Of a DNA stretch of 64,000 nt, positions 1 to 8,876 are shown in pieces (positions within the stretch are counted from its first letter, which is position 1; each line of letters begins with the position of its first letter). Under the pieces are notes generated by a model. That model worked only from the letters and a program-made list of their open reading frames with translations, was not told the origin of the DNA and ran no database searches. The DNA lies in the NCBI GenBank assembly GCA_947632065.1, contig CANRNO010000003.1, positions 6,662 through 70,661 on the forward strand. Direction: 5' to 3'. The position numbers and the translations under genes are program-made. The DNA is from an uncultured Bacilli bacterium (GTDB lineage: Bacteria; Bacillota_I; Bacilli_A; RF39; UBA660).

Positions 1-513
1 AAGTCCTATTCCAACTACTATTTTATCTTCTTTACTATAACCATATACATTTCTAAAATCTAGAGGAGATTCTTCATCAGGTTTAAAATAATCTAATTCT
101 ATTCCATTTGAAATATCATAAATTTTTTTATTTTTTAGACCTTCATAACTTTTAAGAAGTCTTTTTGAATATGGTGTTGGTGTTACTATTACATCTCCTA
201 GACTATAACATTTTATTAACCATCTTTTAAATAGTTTTGATGCTCTATCAGATAGAATAAAACTGTTTTTAAAATCTTCTTCTGTTGAATGAGCATGATA
301 TACTATTTTCTTTCCTTCTTTTTTGGCTTTTTTAGCAAGTACATATGATTTTACATAATAAGTATTTATATGTAAAATATCATAATCATCACTTGGGTCT
401 GTTGTATATTCAACACCTGCACTTTCTAATGCTTTCATTTGATGTTTAATAGCTTTACCAAGGCCGCTTTTTCCAATTATACTTTGACCTTCTGCATATA
501 AAAGTACTTTCAT
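1..513 (-). CDS. Glycosyltransferase family 4 (N-terminal part; the gene runs off the window start)
   Basis: Minus-strand ATG at 513..511 behind an AAGGTGAT RBS. My translation is MKVLLYAEGQSIIGKSGLGKAIKHQMKALESAGVEYTTDPSDDYDILHINT..., typical of a GT4 (GT-B) N-terminal domain. It is missing from the ORF track because it is truncated. Confidence 0.6.
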   Translation of the reverse strand, partial: MKVLLYAEGQSIIGKSGLGKAIKHQMKALESAGVEYTTDPSDDYDILHINTYYVKSYVLAKKAKKEGKKIVYHAHSTEEDFKNSFILSDRASKLFKRWLIKCYSLGDVIVTPTPYSKRLLKSYEGLKNKKIYDISNGIELDYFKPDEESPLDFRNVYGYSKEDKIVVGIGL

Positions 514-527
514 TTTATCACCTTCTA

Positions 528-1529
528 TTATTTATTTTGTGTTTGATTATTTTGTGGGATTACCACTGTTTGAGTAGTAGGCTGTTGTACTGGCTGTTGT
601 GGGGGTACAACTTGGACTTGAGCTTGTGGTGGAGTTGCTTGTTGAGGATTTGGTGTTACTGTTTGTGGTGTATTGCCCATTTCTGATGGTGGTACTATAT
701 TTATCCCACCAGCTAATTGTCCAGTTGGATTTGATTGTTGTACTGTCTGTTGGGGTGGGACTACTTTAATTTGTGCTTGAGGAGTAGTAACTTGTTGTGG
801 TGGTATAACTTGTTGAGGTTGTTGTCCTATATTTGAAGATGAGTTTTTAACTGGCATTTTCTTATTTAATTCTTCTCTTATATTTTGTCCTGTTGTTAAC
901 TCTGCAGCACTCATTAATTCTTGTTTTTCTTCTTTTTCTTGTGTTGGTATTTTCTTTGCTTCACATTTTCCTGCTAAAAATATTAAACCTACAATTATTA
1001 ATCCTAAAATAGGTATAGATATTACAAGTAACCAACCATTATTTATATATTCAATAACTTGTCCTACTTTAGGAATATTTATAAGATACACTCCTATTAT
1101 TGTATCAGAAATAAGTGCTACTCTATCTGCTTTCTTGTTATTAGTTCCTTTTGTTTTATATTCAGCAACATCTGATTCAGCCACTTTTCCATTATCATCA
1201 GGTTTTGGCTGAGAAACTATATTATCTATTCTTCTTACTTTATATTTGTCATTGTCTTCTTTAAATGCTACTATATCTCCTCTTTTTAATAAAGCATATG
1301 TTTCCTTAGGTTGTAATATTAAAAGATCTCCTTTTTCTACATCACCTTTCATAGAATTATCATTTACAATAAATGGTGTGTATCCAAAAACAGATGGTAA
1401 ATTATTAAAATCTGTAATTTTTTCATATGCTAGTATAACACTAACTATAAAGTAAGGAATTAATATTATTAATAAAAGAATAGAAAAAAACCAACCTAAT
1501 TTCTTGGTAAAACTTCTCTTTTCTTTCAT
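528..1529 (-). CDS. SipW/ER-type signal peptidase I-like protein (S26 family) with a Pro/Gln-rich repetitive C-terminal tail
   Basis: ATG at 1529 follows a GAGGGTGA RBS; the track start at 1586 is probably too long. N-terminal TM helix, NDNSMKGD (Ser box), GDIVAFK, TKGTNN (GDN-like box), second TM helix, then PQQ/VVPPQQ repeats. Confidence 0.6.
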   Translation of the reverse strand: MKEKRSFTKKLGWFFSILLLIILIPYFIVSVILAYEKITDFNNLPSVFGYTPFIVNDNSMKGDVEKGDLLILQPKETYALLKRGDIVAFKEDNDKYKVRRIDNIVSQPKPDDNGKVAESDVAEYKTKGTNNKKADRVALISDTIIGVYLINIPKVGQVIEYINNGWLLVISIPILGLIIVGLIFLAGKCEAKKIPTQEKEEKQELMSAAELTTGQNIREELNKKMPVKNSSSNIGQQPQQVIPPQQVTTPQAQIKVVPPQQTVQQSNPTGQLAGGINIVPPSEMGNTPQTVTPNPQQATPPQAQVQVVPPQQPVQQPTTQTVVIPQNNQTQNK

Positions 1530-1681
1530 ATTTTCACCCTCTTTATCGTACAAGTTAATTTTATCATGTAATAAAAAAAAGTACAAATAGTTTGTATTTT
1601 TTGTGTCTTTAATATGTCTAATTATATAATTTGTAATTTAAAAAAACAAGATATATGTTAAAATTATATTAGGAGGCTATT

Positions 1682-2041
1682 ATGAATAATATAGAATTAG
1701 AAAAAGAGACTGCTCCATCTATGGAAAATTTAAAGGCTTCTTTAGTGTTTGTAGTTTTAACTATTGCAACTGAGTATATTTCTGATGTTTTAGCAGCTGA
1801 TATTTTAACAAAGTGTAAATCATCTGAAATAACTTGTAAAGTTTTAAATATGGCAGCAGATATATTACCTACTTTATTTGGTACTATTGCAATATTTTTA
1901 TTGGAACTTTGTATAGTAATTGATATTTTAAGATTGAAAGGTAAAATTAGAAGTTTAGCATTTATTATTGTTTTAATTTCTCTTCCATTTATTTATATTT
2001 TATTGCATGGTATATTAAATAGTATTAATTTATTTGCATAA
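1682..2041 (+). CDS. Small hydrophobic membrane protein, unknown function
   Basis: AGGAGG RBS 6 nt upstream of the ATG. 119 aa with several hydrophobic segments and no recognisable motif. Confidence 0.5.
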   Translation: MNNIELEKETAPSMENLKASLVFVVLTIATEYISDVLAADILTKCKSSEITCKVLNMAADILPTLFGTIAIFLLELCIVIDILRLKGKIRSLAFIIVLISLPFIYILLHGILNSINLFA

Positions 2042-2042
2042 G

Positions 2043-2068
2043 AAAAAGGAAATTTATATTTCCTTTTT
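2043..2068. terminator. Bidirectional rho-independent terminator between convergent genes
   Basis: Perfect 11-bp inverted repeat aaaaaggaaat / atttccttttt with a 4-nt loop, flanked by A and T runs. Confidence 0.7.
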
Positions 2069-2078
2069 TATTATATAA

Positions 2079-2801
2079 TTATTTTTTCTTTGTAGTAGTC
2101 TTTTTTGTTGTCTTTTTTGTTGTAGTTTTCTTTGCTGGTGTTTTTTTTGCTGTAGTTGTTTTCTTAGCTGCTGGTTTTTTTGTTGTTTTACTAGCAGTTT
2201 TTTTAGTTGCAGGTTTTCTAGTAGTTGGTTTTTTTACTTCTGCTTTTTTTGTAGTGGTTTTTCTTGTTGTAGTTTTTTTCTTTGCTGGTGTTGTTTTCTT
2301 AGCTGCAACTGTAGTAGTCTTCTTAGGTTTTACACTTACAGGTTTAACAGATTCTTTCTTTTCCACAGCTTTTGTTGATACTTTTCTCTTTCTTGGTGCT
2401 GGTGCTGTATAATCTTTATAATTAAGAACAGCTCCATAAAAATAATAACATGGAATAAGAATTATAATTACATTTATGATAATATCTGCTAATTCTAAAC
2501 TAACATATGACCATGTAGAAATTTGCATTAATATTAATATGAATCCACAAACCATTAGTAATACAGAATGTTTTGGTCTATCTGCGAAAATAACTCCTAA
2601 TAGTCCACCTAAAATATTAACTCCATAAACTCCATAAAGAATAAGTAATCCTCCTAATGCTCTTGTTGCTTCTTCTTGTGATAAAGCTGGAATATTATTT
2701 TTTGACATTAAAAGTATTACTATCCCCAAAATTGAAAGTAAACCTAAAATTATCTCTAAAGTTCCTGTAACTAATAAAATCTTTTTACCTCTTGCTTTCA
2801 T
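2079..2801 (-). CDS. Polytopic membrane protein with a long Lys/Thr/Ala-rich basic C-terminal tail
   Basis: AAGGAG RBS. About 130 aa of TM helices, then about 105 aa of KKTTT/AKKT repeats (nt 2082-2405). Confidence 0.6.
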   Translation of the reverse strand: MKARGKKILLVTGTLEIILGLLSILGIVILLMSKNNIPALSQEEATRALGGLLILYGVYGVNILGGLLGVIFADRPKHSVLLMVCGFILILMQISTWSYVSLELADIIINVIIILIPCYYFYGAVLNYKDYTAPAPRKRKVSTKAVEKKESVKPVSVKPKKTTTVAAKKTTPAKKKTTTRKTTTKKAEVKKPTTRKPATKKTASKTTKKPAAKKTTTAKKTPAKKTTTKKTTKKTTTKKK

Positions 2802-2935
2802 CTTTTCAACTCCTTCTTACTATACATAAATTTAACATAGTTGACTTAAAAAGTAAAGTAGTTATGTAGAAATTTGTCGAATATTTTTGTAATAGTTGGT
2901 CTTCATTTTACATATTATTTAGGGAGGAGATAGTT

Positions 2936-3502
2936 ATGAAAAAAGTTAAAACAAGATTAGTTCTAAAGAAAAAAGTAAAAAACTTTATTAGTCGTTTTAT
3001 GATTACTATTATTTTTCTACTTGTAGCATTAATTTCAATAAAATATGATGAAAAATTTAAAGATATTATAAAAAAGAATGTGTTTGAAGAAAGTCTTAAA
3101 TTTACTAAAGCTAAATCTGTTTATCAAAAATATTTTGGTAAATTTTTATCTATTGATAAAATTATAAAAGAAGATGAAGAGGTTTTTTCTGAAAAGCTTA
3201 AATATGAAAAATCTCATGTATATAAAGATGGTGTTAAACTTAGTGTTTCTAAAAATTATATGGTTCCTTATTTAGAAAGTGGTATTGTTGTATTTATTGG
3301 AGAAAAAGAAGGATATGGTAATACTGTTATTGTTGAAGGTGTAGATGGTGTTGCAGTTTGGTATTGTGATGTAGATAGTTCAAATGTTAAGATGTATGAT
3401 TATGTTGAAAAAGGAAATCTTCTTGGAGAAGTAAAAGATAAAAGTCTTTATTTGGTATTTCAAAAAGAAGATAAGTTCTTAGATTATTCAAAATATATTT
3501 AA
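2936..3502 (+). CDS. Degenerate LytM/M23-domain membrane protein (SpoIVFA-like)
   Basis: GGGAGGAG RBS and an N-terminal TM helix. The C-terminal segment GIVVFIGEKEGYGNTVIVEGVDGVAVWYCDV...GNLLGEV resembles an M23 beta-barrel without the HxxxD/HxH metal ligands. It sits directly upstream of an M50 protease gene. Confidence 0.5.
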   Translation: MKKVKTRLVLKKKVKNFISRFMITIIFLLVALISIKYDEKFKDIIKKNVFEESLKFTKAKSVYQKYFGKFLSIDKIIKEDEEVFSEKLKYEKSHVYKDGVKLSVSKNYMVPYLESGIVVFIGEKEGYGNTVIVEGVDGVAVWYCDVDSSNVKMYDYVEKGNLLGEVKDKSLYLVFQKEDKFLDYSKYI

Positions 3503-3566
3503 ATATATCTACATTAGTCCTTTTGTATTTTTAGTTGCTTTTATATCTATATTTATAGCTGCTTTT

Positions 3567-4241
3567 ATGCCATTTATAATTATAATGATTTTACTTTTTG
3601 TTCATGAGATCGGACATTTTCTTAGTGCTTATTTATTAGGTGTTGAAGTTTTAAAAATTTCTTTTTATCCATATGGTGGTATTTCTAGTTTTAAGATGGA
3701 TTTTAATGATAATCCTTTTAAAGAGTTTATTATTTTAATAATGGGTCCAATATTTCAGTGTATTGCTTATTTTATACTTATTAAAATTTCTTTTTTTTCT
3801 AATTATATAGAAATTATAAAAGTGTATCACTTCTCTATTTTATTTTTTAATCTTCTTCCAATTTATCCACTAGATGGTGGAAAACTTTTAAATATATTAT
3901 TTAATTTAAAATTATCTTTTAGAAAAAGTTTTTTATTTTCTATATATTTTTCTTATATAATAGTTTTTATTATTTTTATAATAATTTTTCCTGATTTTTT
4001 TAAAATTAATACTATACTTATGATAATATTACTTTTATATAAAATAAATGATGAATATAAAAAGAAGCATTATTATTTTGAGAAATTTCTTTTAGAAAGA
4101 TATTTAAATAATTATCATTTTAAAAAAACAAAAGAAGTTAAAAATATAGGTGAATTTAGAAAAAGATATAATCACTATATAAAAAAAGATAATATTTATT
4201 ATACAGAAAAAGATATATTAAGAAAAAAATTTAATTCTTAA
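3567..4241 (+). CDS. Site-2 protease, M50 family (SpoIVFB-like). The true start is probably upstream, at 3483-3507, on a non-ATG codon
   Basis: HEIGH metal motif and LLPIYPLDGGKLL (the NxxPxxxLDG motif). The in-frame upstream codons (3507-3566) encode IYISPFVFLVAFISIFIAAF, which lines up residue for residue with the first TM helix of B. subtilis SpoIVFB. Confidence 0.85.
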   Translation: MPFIIIMILLFVHEIGHFLSAYLLGVEVLKISFYPYGGISSFKMDFNDNPFKEFIILIMGPIFQCIAYFILIKISFFSNYIEIIKVYHFSILFFNLLPIYPLDGGKLLNILFNLKLSFRKSFLFSIYFSYIIVFIIFIIIFPDFFKINTILMIILLLYKINDEYKKKHYYFEKFLLERYLNNYHFKKTKEVKNIGEFRKRYNHYIKKDNIYYTEKDILRKKFNS

Positions 4242-4264
4242 TATATCTTTTTATACAAAAAAAA

Positions 4265-4340
4265 TGGTGGAGCATAGCGGGATCGAACCGCTGACCTTCA
4301 CGGTGCAAACGTGACGCTCTCCCAGCTGAGCTAATGCCCC
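4265..4340 (-). tRNA. tRNA-Ala (anticodon UGC), CCA encoded
   Basis: The reverse complement GGGGCATTAGCTCAGCTGGGAGAGCGTCACGTTTGCACCGTGAAGGTCAGCGGTTCGATCCCGCTATGCTCCACCA folds as a cloverleaf. It has the G3:U70 Ala identity pair, the anticodon loop TTTGCAC and the GGTTCGATCC T-arm. Confidence 0.95.
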
Positions 4341-4405
4341 ATCAACAATTAAAATTATAGCAAGTTTTTCTTTATTCGTCAAGTTATTTGTAAAAAAAAG
4401 AATAC

Positions 4406-5332
4406 TTAATCTTCTGATTTAGGTATCTCTTTTTTATTTTCTTTTATACTAACTGGTTGGACACTATCTGTAAGACAAATATTACCTTGCTTATATTCAT
4501 ATAATATTTTTTCCCAGATTTGAGATTCTATAACTCTTGCATTTTTTGGATGAACTAAATATCTTAATTTTAATTCTACATGAGTTCCTACCATTTTTGT
4601 ATATACAATTGGTTCGTAATTATTAAAATATACTCTATAACTAAATATTAAATTTTTTATTTGATTTTCCATTCTTTTTGGCACATTTTTAATTGTGTCT
4701 ATATTATTAACAATCTTATATACAGTATGCCTTGCTTCTGTTATATCTCCATCTAGACAAAGTGGTATATCTATTTCTTGCCAAATATAAGTAAATCCTT
4801 TGGTGTAGTTTTTTAATGGTTCGGTAAATACTACTGAATTAGGAAAATTTATTATTACTCCTGTTGATTGTCCTGAAATATCATCTCCATTTACTTCTAG
4901 AACTTCAAAATTTAATGCTTTAAGATTTACTACATCACCTTTTATTCCTTGTATTTCTATTCTATCTTCTATAGCAAATACTTTCTTTATTTTTATAAAA
5001 ATTCCACAACAAAAGTTTAAAATTAAATCTCTTAATGCTAAGGCGATTGTTGCGGATAAAAGACTTATAAGAGTCATGAAACTTTTAATATAATCACTCC
5101 ATATACATATTACTACTAATATTTCTACAAAGGTCATAAAGTTTTGAAGTTTTTTATTAAAAGAAAATTCTTTCTTTCTATTATCAACTTTTTTAATAAC
5201 TATCATTCCTATTTTTTTTATTATAGAAAAAATAATTATAGTGATTATAGTACTTATTATTAAATAAGTATACATTGAGTCTATACCTATAACTTTACTA
5301 AAATATTTACTAAATTCTTGTATTACATCCAT
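4406..5332 (-). CDS. Small-conductance mechanosensitive channel (MscS family)
   Basis: Three N-terminal TM helices are followed by FAIEDRIEIQGIKGDVVNLKALNFEVLEV, the MscS beta-domain signature. Confidence 0.75.
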   Translation of the reverse strand: MDVIQEFSKYFSKVIGIDSMYTYLIISTIITIIIFSIIKKIGMIVIKKVDNRKKEFSFNKKLQNFMTFVEILVVICIWSDYIKSFMTLISLLSATIALALRDLILNFCCGIFIKIKKVFAIEDRIEIQGIKGDVVNLKALNFEVLEVNGDDISGQSTGVIINFPNSVVFTEPLKNYTKGFTYIWQEIDIPLCLDGDITEARHTVYKIVNNIDTIKNVPKRMENQIKNLIFSYRVYFNNYEPIVYTKMVGTHVELKLRYLVHPKNARVIESQIWEKILYEYKQGNICLTDSVQPVSIKENKKEIPKSED

Positions 5333-5347
5333 AACATTCCCTACTTT

Positions 5348-6208
5348 CTATCCTAATAATAATATAATTCCAAATACACATAATACTATTAATAAACTTA
5401 TTGTTATAGTAACTAAATAAAATTTAAATTTATCTAAGCTTTCATCTGTTTCTGTTGAAACTTGTTTTTTTGTTTCTGGTTGTTTTTCTTTAAAAGTACT
5501 TCTTACCTTTTCTACTTCTGTTTTTAATTGTCTTGAACAACCATCTGTAATATTTATGAAAGATACTGTATCATTATCATTATTTTTTAATGTACAATTA
5601 TAATTATTAACATTTTCTATTATTTTAAAAGATAGATTACCACTCATTTTTGAGAATTCTCTAACTATATTAAATAATACATTATTTTGAAAACTTTCTG
5701 TATTTTGAAATCTCATTGCATATACAATTCTTTTATTTAAACCTGTGGTACTAACTACTGTACTACTACAAATTTTATTTTCTTTATCCATATGAAATTC
5801 TACGATTACTCCTGATTCTTTTAATATTGTATTTAATACATTATATACATAATTCTTATAAATATCCTCTATTGAAACTTGTTTAATTGGTGCTTTTTGA
5901 GGTAGAACTGAAGGTTGCTTCTTTGATATTTCTTCTGTTTGTTTTTGTGTTATTACTTGTCCTTTTTCATTTATAGGATATTTTTTTCCAGTTGAATCAC
6001 TAACAAGAAAATTATTTTCAATATGAGCTTTAGAATTTGTTTCTGGATCTTTTAGTTCAATGACAAAACCGCTGTCATTGACAGCGAATATATCTTTTGT
6101 TCTAGGATTTTGAAAGTATCCTTCTTTAGTTAATTTTAATTCTTCTTCTGTTTTAGGATCAACAAGTGGTATTACTTTAGGACCGCTTAATTCGTAGGAA
6201 TCTTTCAT
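5348..6208 (-). CDS. Hypothetical tail-anchored protein
   Basis: AAGGAGAG RBS. Soluble 260-aa region with no recognised motif, and a single C-terminal TM helix. Confidence 0.5.
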   Translation of the reverse strand: MKDSYELSGPKVIPLVDPKTEEELKLTKEGYFQNPRTKDIFAVNDSGFVIELKDPETNSKAHIENNFLVSDSTGKKYPINEKGQVITQKQTEEISKKQPSVLPQKAPIKQVSIEDIYKNYVYNVLNTILKESGVIVEFHMDKENKICSSTVVSTTGLNKRIVYAMRFQNTESFQNNVLFNIVREFSKMSGNLSFKIIENVNNYNCTLKNNDNDTVSFINITDGCSRQLKTEVEKVRSTFKEKQPETKKQVSTETDESLDKFKFYLVTITISLLIVLCVFGIILLLG

Positions 6209-6222
6209 ATAATCTCTCCTTA

Positions 6223-7422
6223 TTAGCTAAAGTTAAACATTAGCCATTCTGGTTTTATTATTAATAATATACCAATAATTAATAAAAGAACTCCCCCTAT
6301 TAAATGTGAATATTTACTATATTTAGTAGATATTCCTGTTAATTTCATTGTTGTCATTGCGATTATAAATATGATTAAATCATCTAGTAAGAAAAATAAT
6401 ATATAGATTAATGTATAAATAAATGACATTATTGTAGATACTTCATTAATTGATAATATTTCTGTGAAAACAAGTGGTAGTCCAGCAGAACATGCTAGTT
6501 CTATAATATTTACTGATATAGCCAGTGTTATTACTCCTAGGAGTGCTAATAAAAGACTTTTCTCTGATGTAAATTTTTTGATTTTAGAAAATATTTGTTT
6601 TCTTTTTTTATCATCTACTACTTCACATCCTGAGTCTTTTTTTCTTGATTTTAGATAATTATAAAGATTTATTCCACCACCAAGTATTGCAACTATTGCA
6701 ATTATATTTCTAAGTAATATAGATGTTGAGATAGTAGTTGTAATTTTAAATATTGAAAACATTATTATTAAATACATAAGTGCTGATGTTAATAAGAATG
6801 TTCCTCCTAAAATCCACATTTTTTTTCTATCTTTCATACCTATTAAAGTACTAATTAAAAATAGTAATACCCACATAGCACATGGATTAAACCCATCTAC
6901 TAATCCTATAAGAATAGCTGCGATAGGAATAGATACTTTTAAAACATTCACTTTTCCTATTAAAGGTACATTAATTATTTTATCTGAGCTGTTTTTGGAT
7001 TTTTGACTAGTAATATTTACTTTTTTATTATTTTTTACTTGAGATACTATATCTTCTTCTGGATTATCTATAACTTTTTTTATTGTATCTTCTATATCTT
7101 TTTTATTAACATCTGAATACCCTTCAAAAAAGTGTTTTCCTATTACGGTAAATGGTACTCCTGATGCTTTAGTATTTAGTGCATCAGCTACTTTTTCCAT
7201 TAATCTTTGATTAGAGAAATTATACCATACTTCATACTCTTTTATTTTTAAATCATCTTTATATTTATCTTTAATTTCATCTAGAAAAACTTCTTCTTGA
7301 GCACAATGTGGGCATCCATCTCCATGAAAGAAATATAAAGTAGTTTTTTCTTTTGCTTCAACATTCAAAGAAAATGTTAAAAAGCAGAATAGCGCAACTA
7401 AAGTTAATTTCAAATATTTCAT
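6223..7422 (-). CDS. Secreted thioredoxin/glutaredoxin-like CxxC domain fused to a DsbD/CcdA-like thiol-transfer membrane domain
   Basis: Signal peptide. GDGCPHCAQEE CxxC in a Trx-like fold. The membrane domain carries the FNPCAMW and ELACSAGLP Cys motifs typical of DsbD_2/CcdA-type electron transporters. Confidence 0.6.
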   Translation of the reverse strand: MKYLKLTLVALFCFLTFSLNVEAKEKTTLYFFHGDGCPHCAQEEVFLDEIKDKYKDDLKIKEYEVWYNFSNQRLMEKVADALNTKASGVPFTVIGKHFFEGYSDVNKKDIEDTIKKVIDNPEEDIVSQVKNNKKVNITSQKSKNSSDKIINVPLIGKVNVLKVSIPIAAILIGLVDGFNPCAMWVLLFLISTLIGMKDRKKMWILGGTFLLTSALMYLIIMFSIFKITTTISTSILLRNIIAIVAILGGGINLYNYLKSRKKDSGCEVVDDKKRKQIFSKIKKFTSEKSLLLALLGVITLAISVNIIELACSAGLPLVFTEILSINEVSTIMSFIYTLIYILFFLLDDLIIFIIAMTTMKLTGISTKYSKYSHLIGGVLLLIIGILLIIKPEWLMFNFS

Positions 7423-7689
7423 TTACTTTTCACCTAACTCTTCTATTAAATCTATTATTTTTTCTTTTTTTATTTCTCCTGTTAATCTTTTTAGTTCTTT
7501 ACCATTATCATCAATAAAAATCATAACTGGTAAAATATCTTTTGGATTATATTTTTTTACTTCTTCTTCATCCATATCATAATCCAAATTTATAATCTCT
7601 ATGTTTTTTTCTTTTTCTATTTCATTCCAAACTTTATTCATTACTAAACAGGCACTACACCATATAGCATTTATTTTAATTACTTTCAT
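7423..7689 (-). CDS. Small thioredoxin-family protein
   Basis: 88 aa with a WCSAC active-site-like CxxC. It abuts the downstream gene with no gap and overlaps the upstream desulfurase gene. Confidence 0.6.
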   Translation of the reverse strand: MKVIKINAIWCSACLVMNKVWNEIEKEKNIEIINLDYDMDEEEVKKYNPKDILPVMIFIDDNGKELKRLTGEIKKEKIIDLIEELGEK

Positions 7690-8815
7690 ATAATTCCCCT
7701 AGTTTTTTTATTATTTCTTTTAATTCTTTTATAAAAGTCATTATATCGCTTTCTGTTGTTAAATGTGAAAGACTCATACGAACACTGTGAAGGGCACGTT
7801 CTTCATCTTTTGTGATAGCAAGAACTGAAAGAGATGGAGATGAAGTACTTGTTGAACATGCTGTTTGTGTTGATATAAAAATATCTTTTTCTTCTAATGC
7901 ATGTAGTAATGTTTCTGGTTTTATTTTATCAACACTTATATTAACAATATGTGGTATTGAATATTCATTACTGTTTATTTTTACTTCTTTGATTTTTTCT
8001 AGTTCACTTTTTAAAAGTTTTGATAATTTATTTACATATTCTATATTTTCTTTTTGATGTTCTGTTGCAAGTCGTAGAGCTTTAGCAGTTGATACTATTA
8101 ATCCTATTGCTGGTGTTCCACTTCTAAAAACAGTAGTTGATTTTCCACCATGGATTAAAGGATCAATTGCAACTTTTTCTTTTTTAATTAATCCTCCTAC
8201 TCCTTTTATACCGTAAAACTTTTGAGCAGAGAAACTTGCAAGATCAACATTTGTTAGGTCTACTTCTTCTTTTCCAAGACTTTGAGTAATATCACAATGA
8301 TAGAATGTTTTTGGATTGCTATGAACTACTTTAGCAATCTCATTTATATTTTGAGATACTCCTACTTCACTATTTACACTAGCAATACTTACAAGGATTG
8401 TATCATCTCTTAATAAACTTTTTAGTGAATCTAAATCTACTTGTCCTTTTTCATCTATGTCTACAAAATCTACTTCAAAACCATTATTTTGTAAATAAGA
8501 AATAGGTGCGATTACAGATGAGTGTTCAAGTCTTGATGTTATTATATGTCTACCACGATTTCTAAAATGAGCACATATTCCTTTAATAGCAGTATTATTT
8601 GACTCACTTGCTCCACTTGTATAAATTACTTCACTAGGTTTTACTTTTAAAATGCTTGCGATTTGTTCTGTTGCAGCATCTATTAATTTTTTTCCATTTA
8701 CTCCTAAGTAATGATGTGAATTAGGATTTCCTATAAAATTTCTTGTTGTTTCTATAAAACTTTCTAATACTTCATCATTTACTGGAGTGGTTGCTGAATA
8801 ATCTAAATAAATCAT
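7676..8815 (-). CDS. Cysteine desulfurase, class V aminotransferase (NifS/IscS-like)
   Basis: MIYLDYSATTPV start, a PLP-Lys region SAQKFYGIKGVGGL, and a C-terminal active-site Cys loop QTACSTSTSSPS. Confidence 0.85.
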   Translation of the reverse strand: MIYLDYSATTPVNDEVLESFIETTRNFIGNPNSHHYLGVNGKKLIDAATEQIASILKVKPSEVIYTSGASESNNTAIKGICAHFRNRGRHIITSRLEHSSVIAPISYLQNNGFEVDFVDIDEKGQVDLDSLKSLLRDDTILVSIASVNSEVGVSQNINEIAKVVHSNPKTFYHCDITQSLGKEEVDLTNVDLASFSAQKFYGIKGVGGLIKKEKVAIDPLIHGGKSTTVFRSGTPAIGLIVSTAKALRLATEHQKENIEYVNKLSKLLKSELEKIKEVKINSNEYSIPHIVNISVDKIKPETLLHALEEKDIFISTQTACSTSTSSPSLSVLAITKDEERALHSVRMSLSHLTTESDIMTFIKELKEIIKKLGELYESN

Positions 8816-8876
8816 GTTATCACCACTTTTCTTTTAAATTATACCAAAAAAATGAAAGACTATCTAGTCTTTCTTA

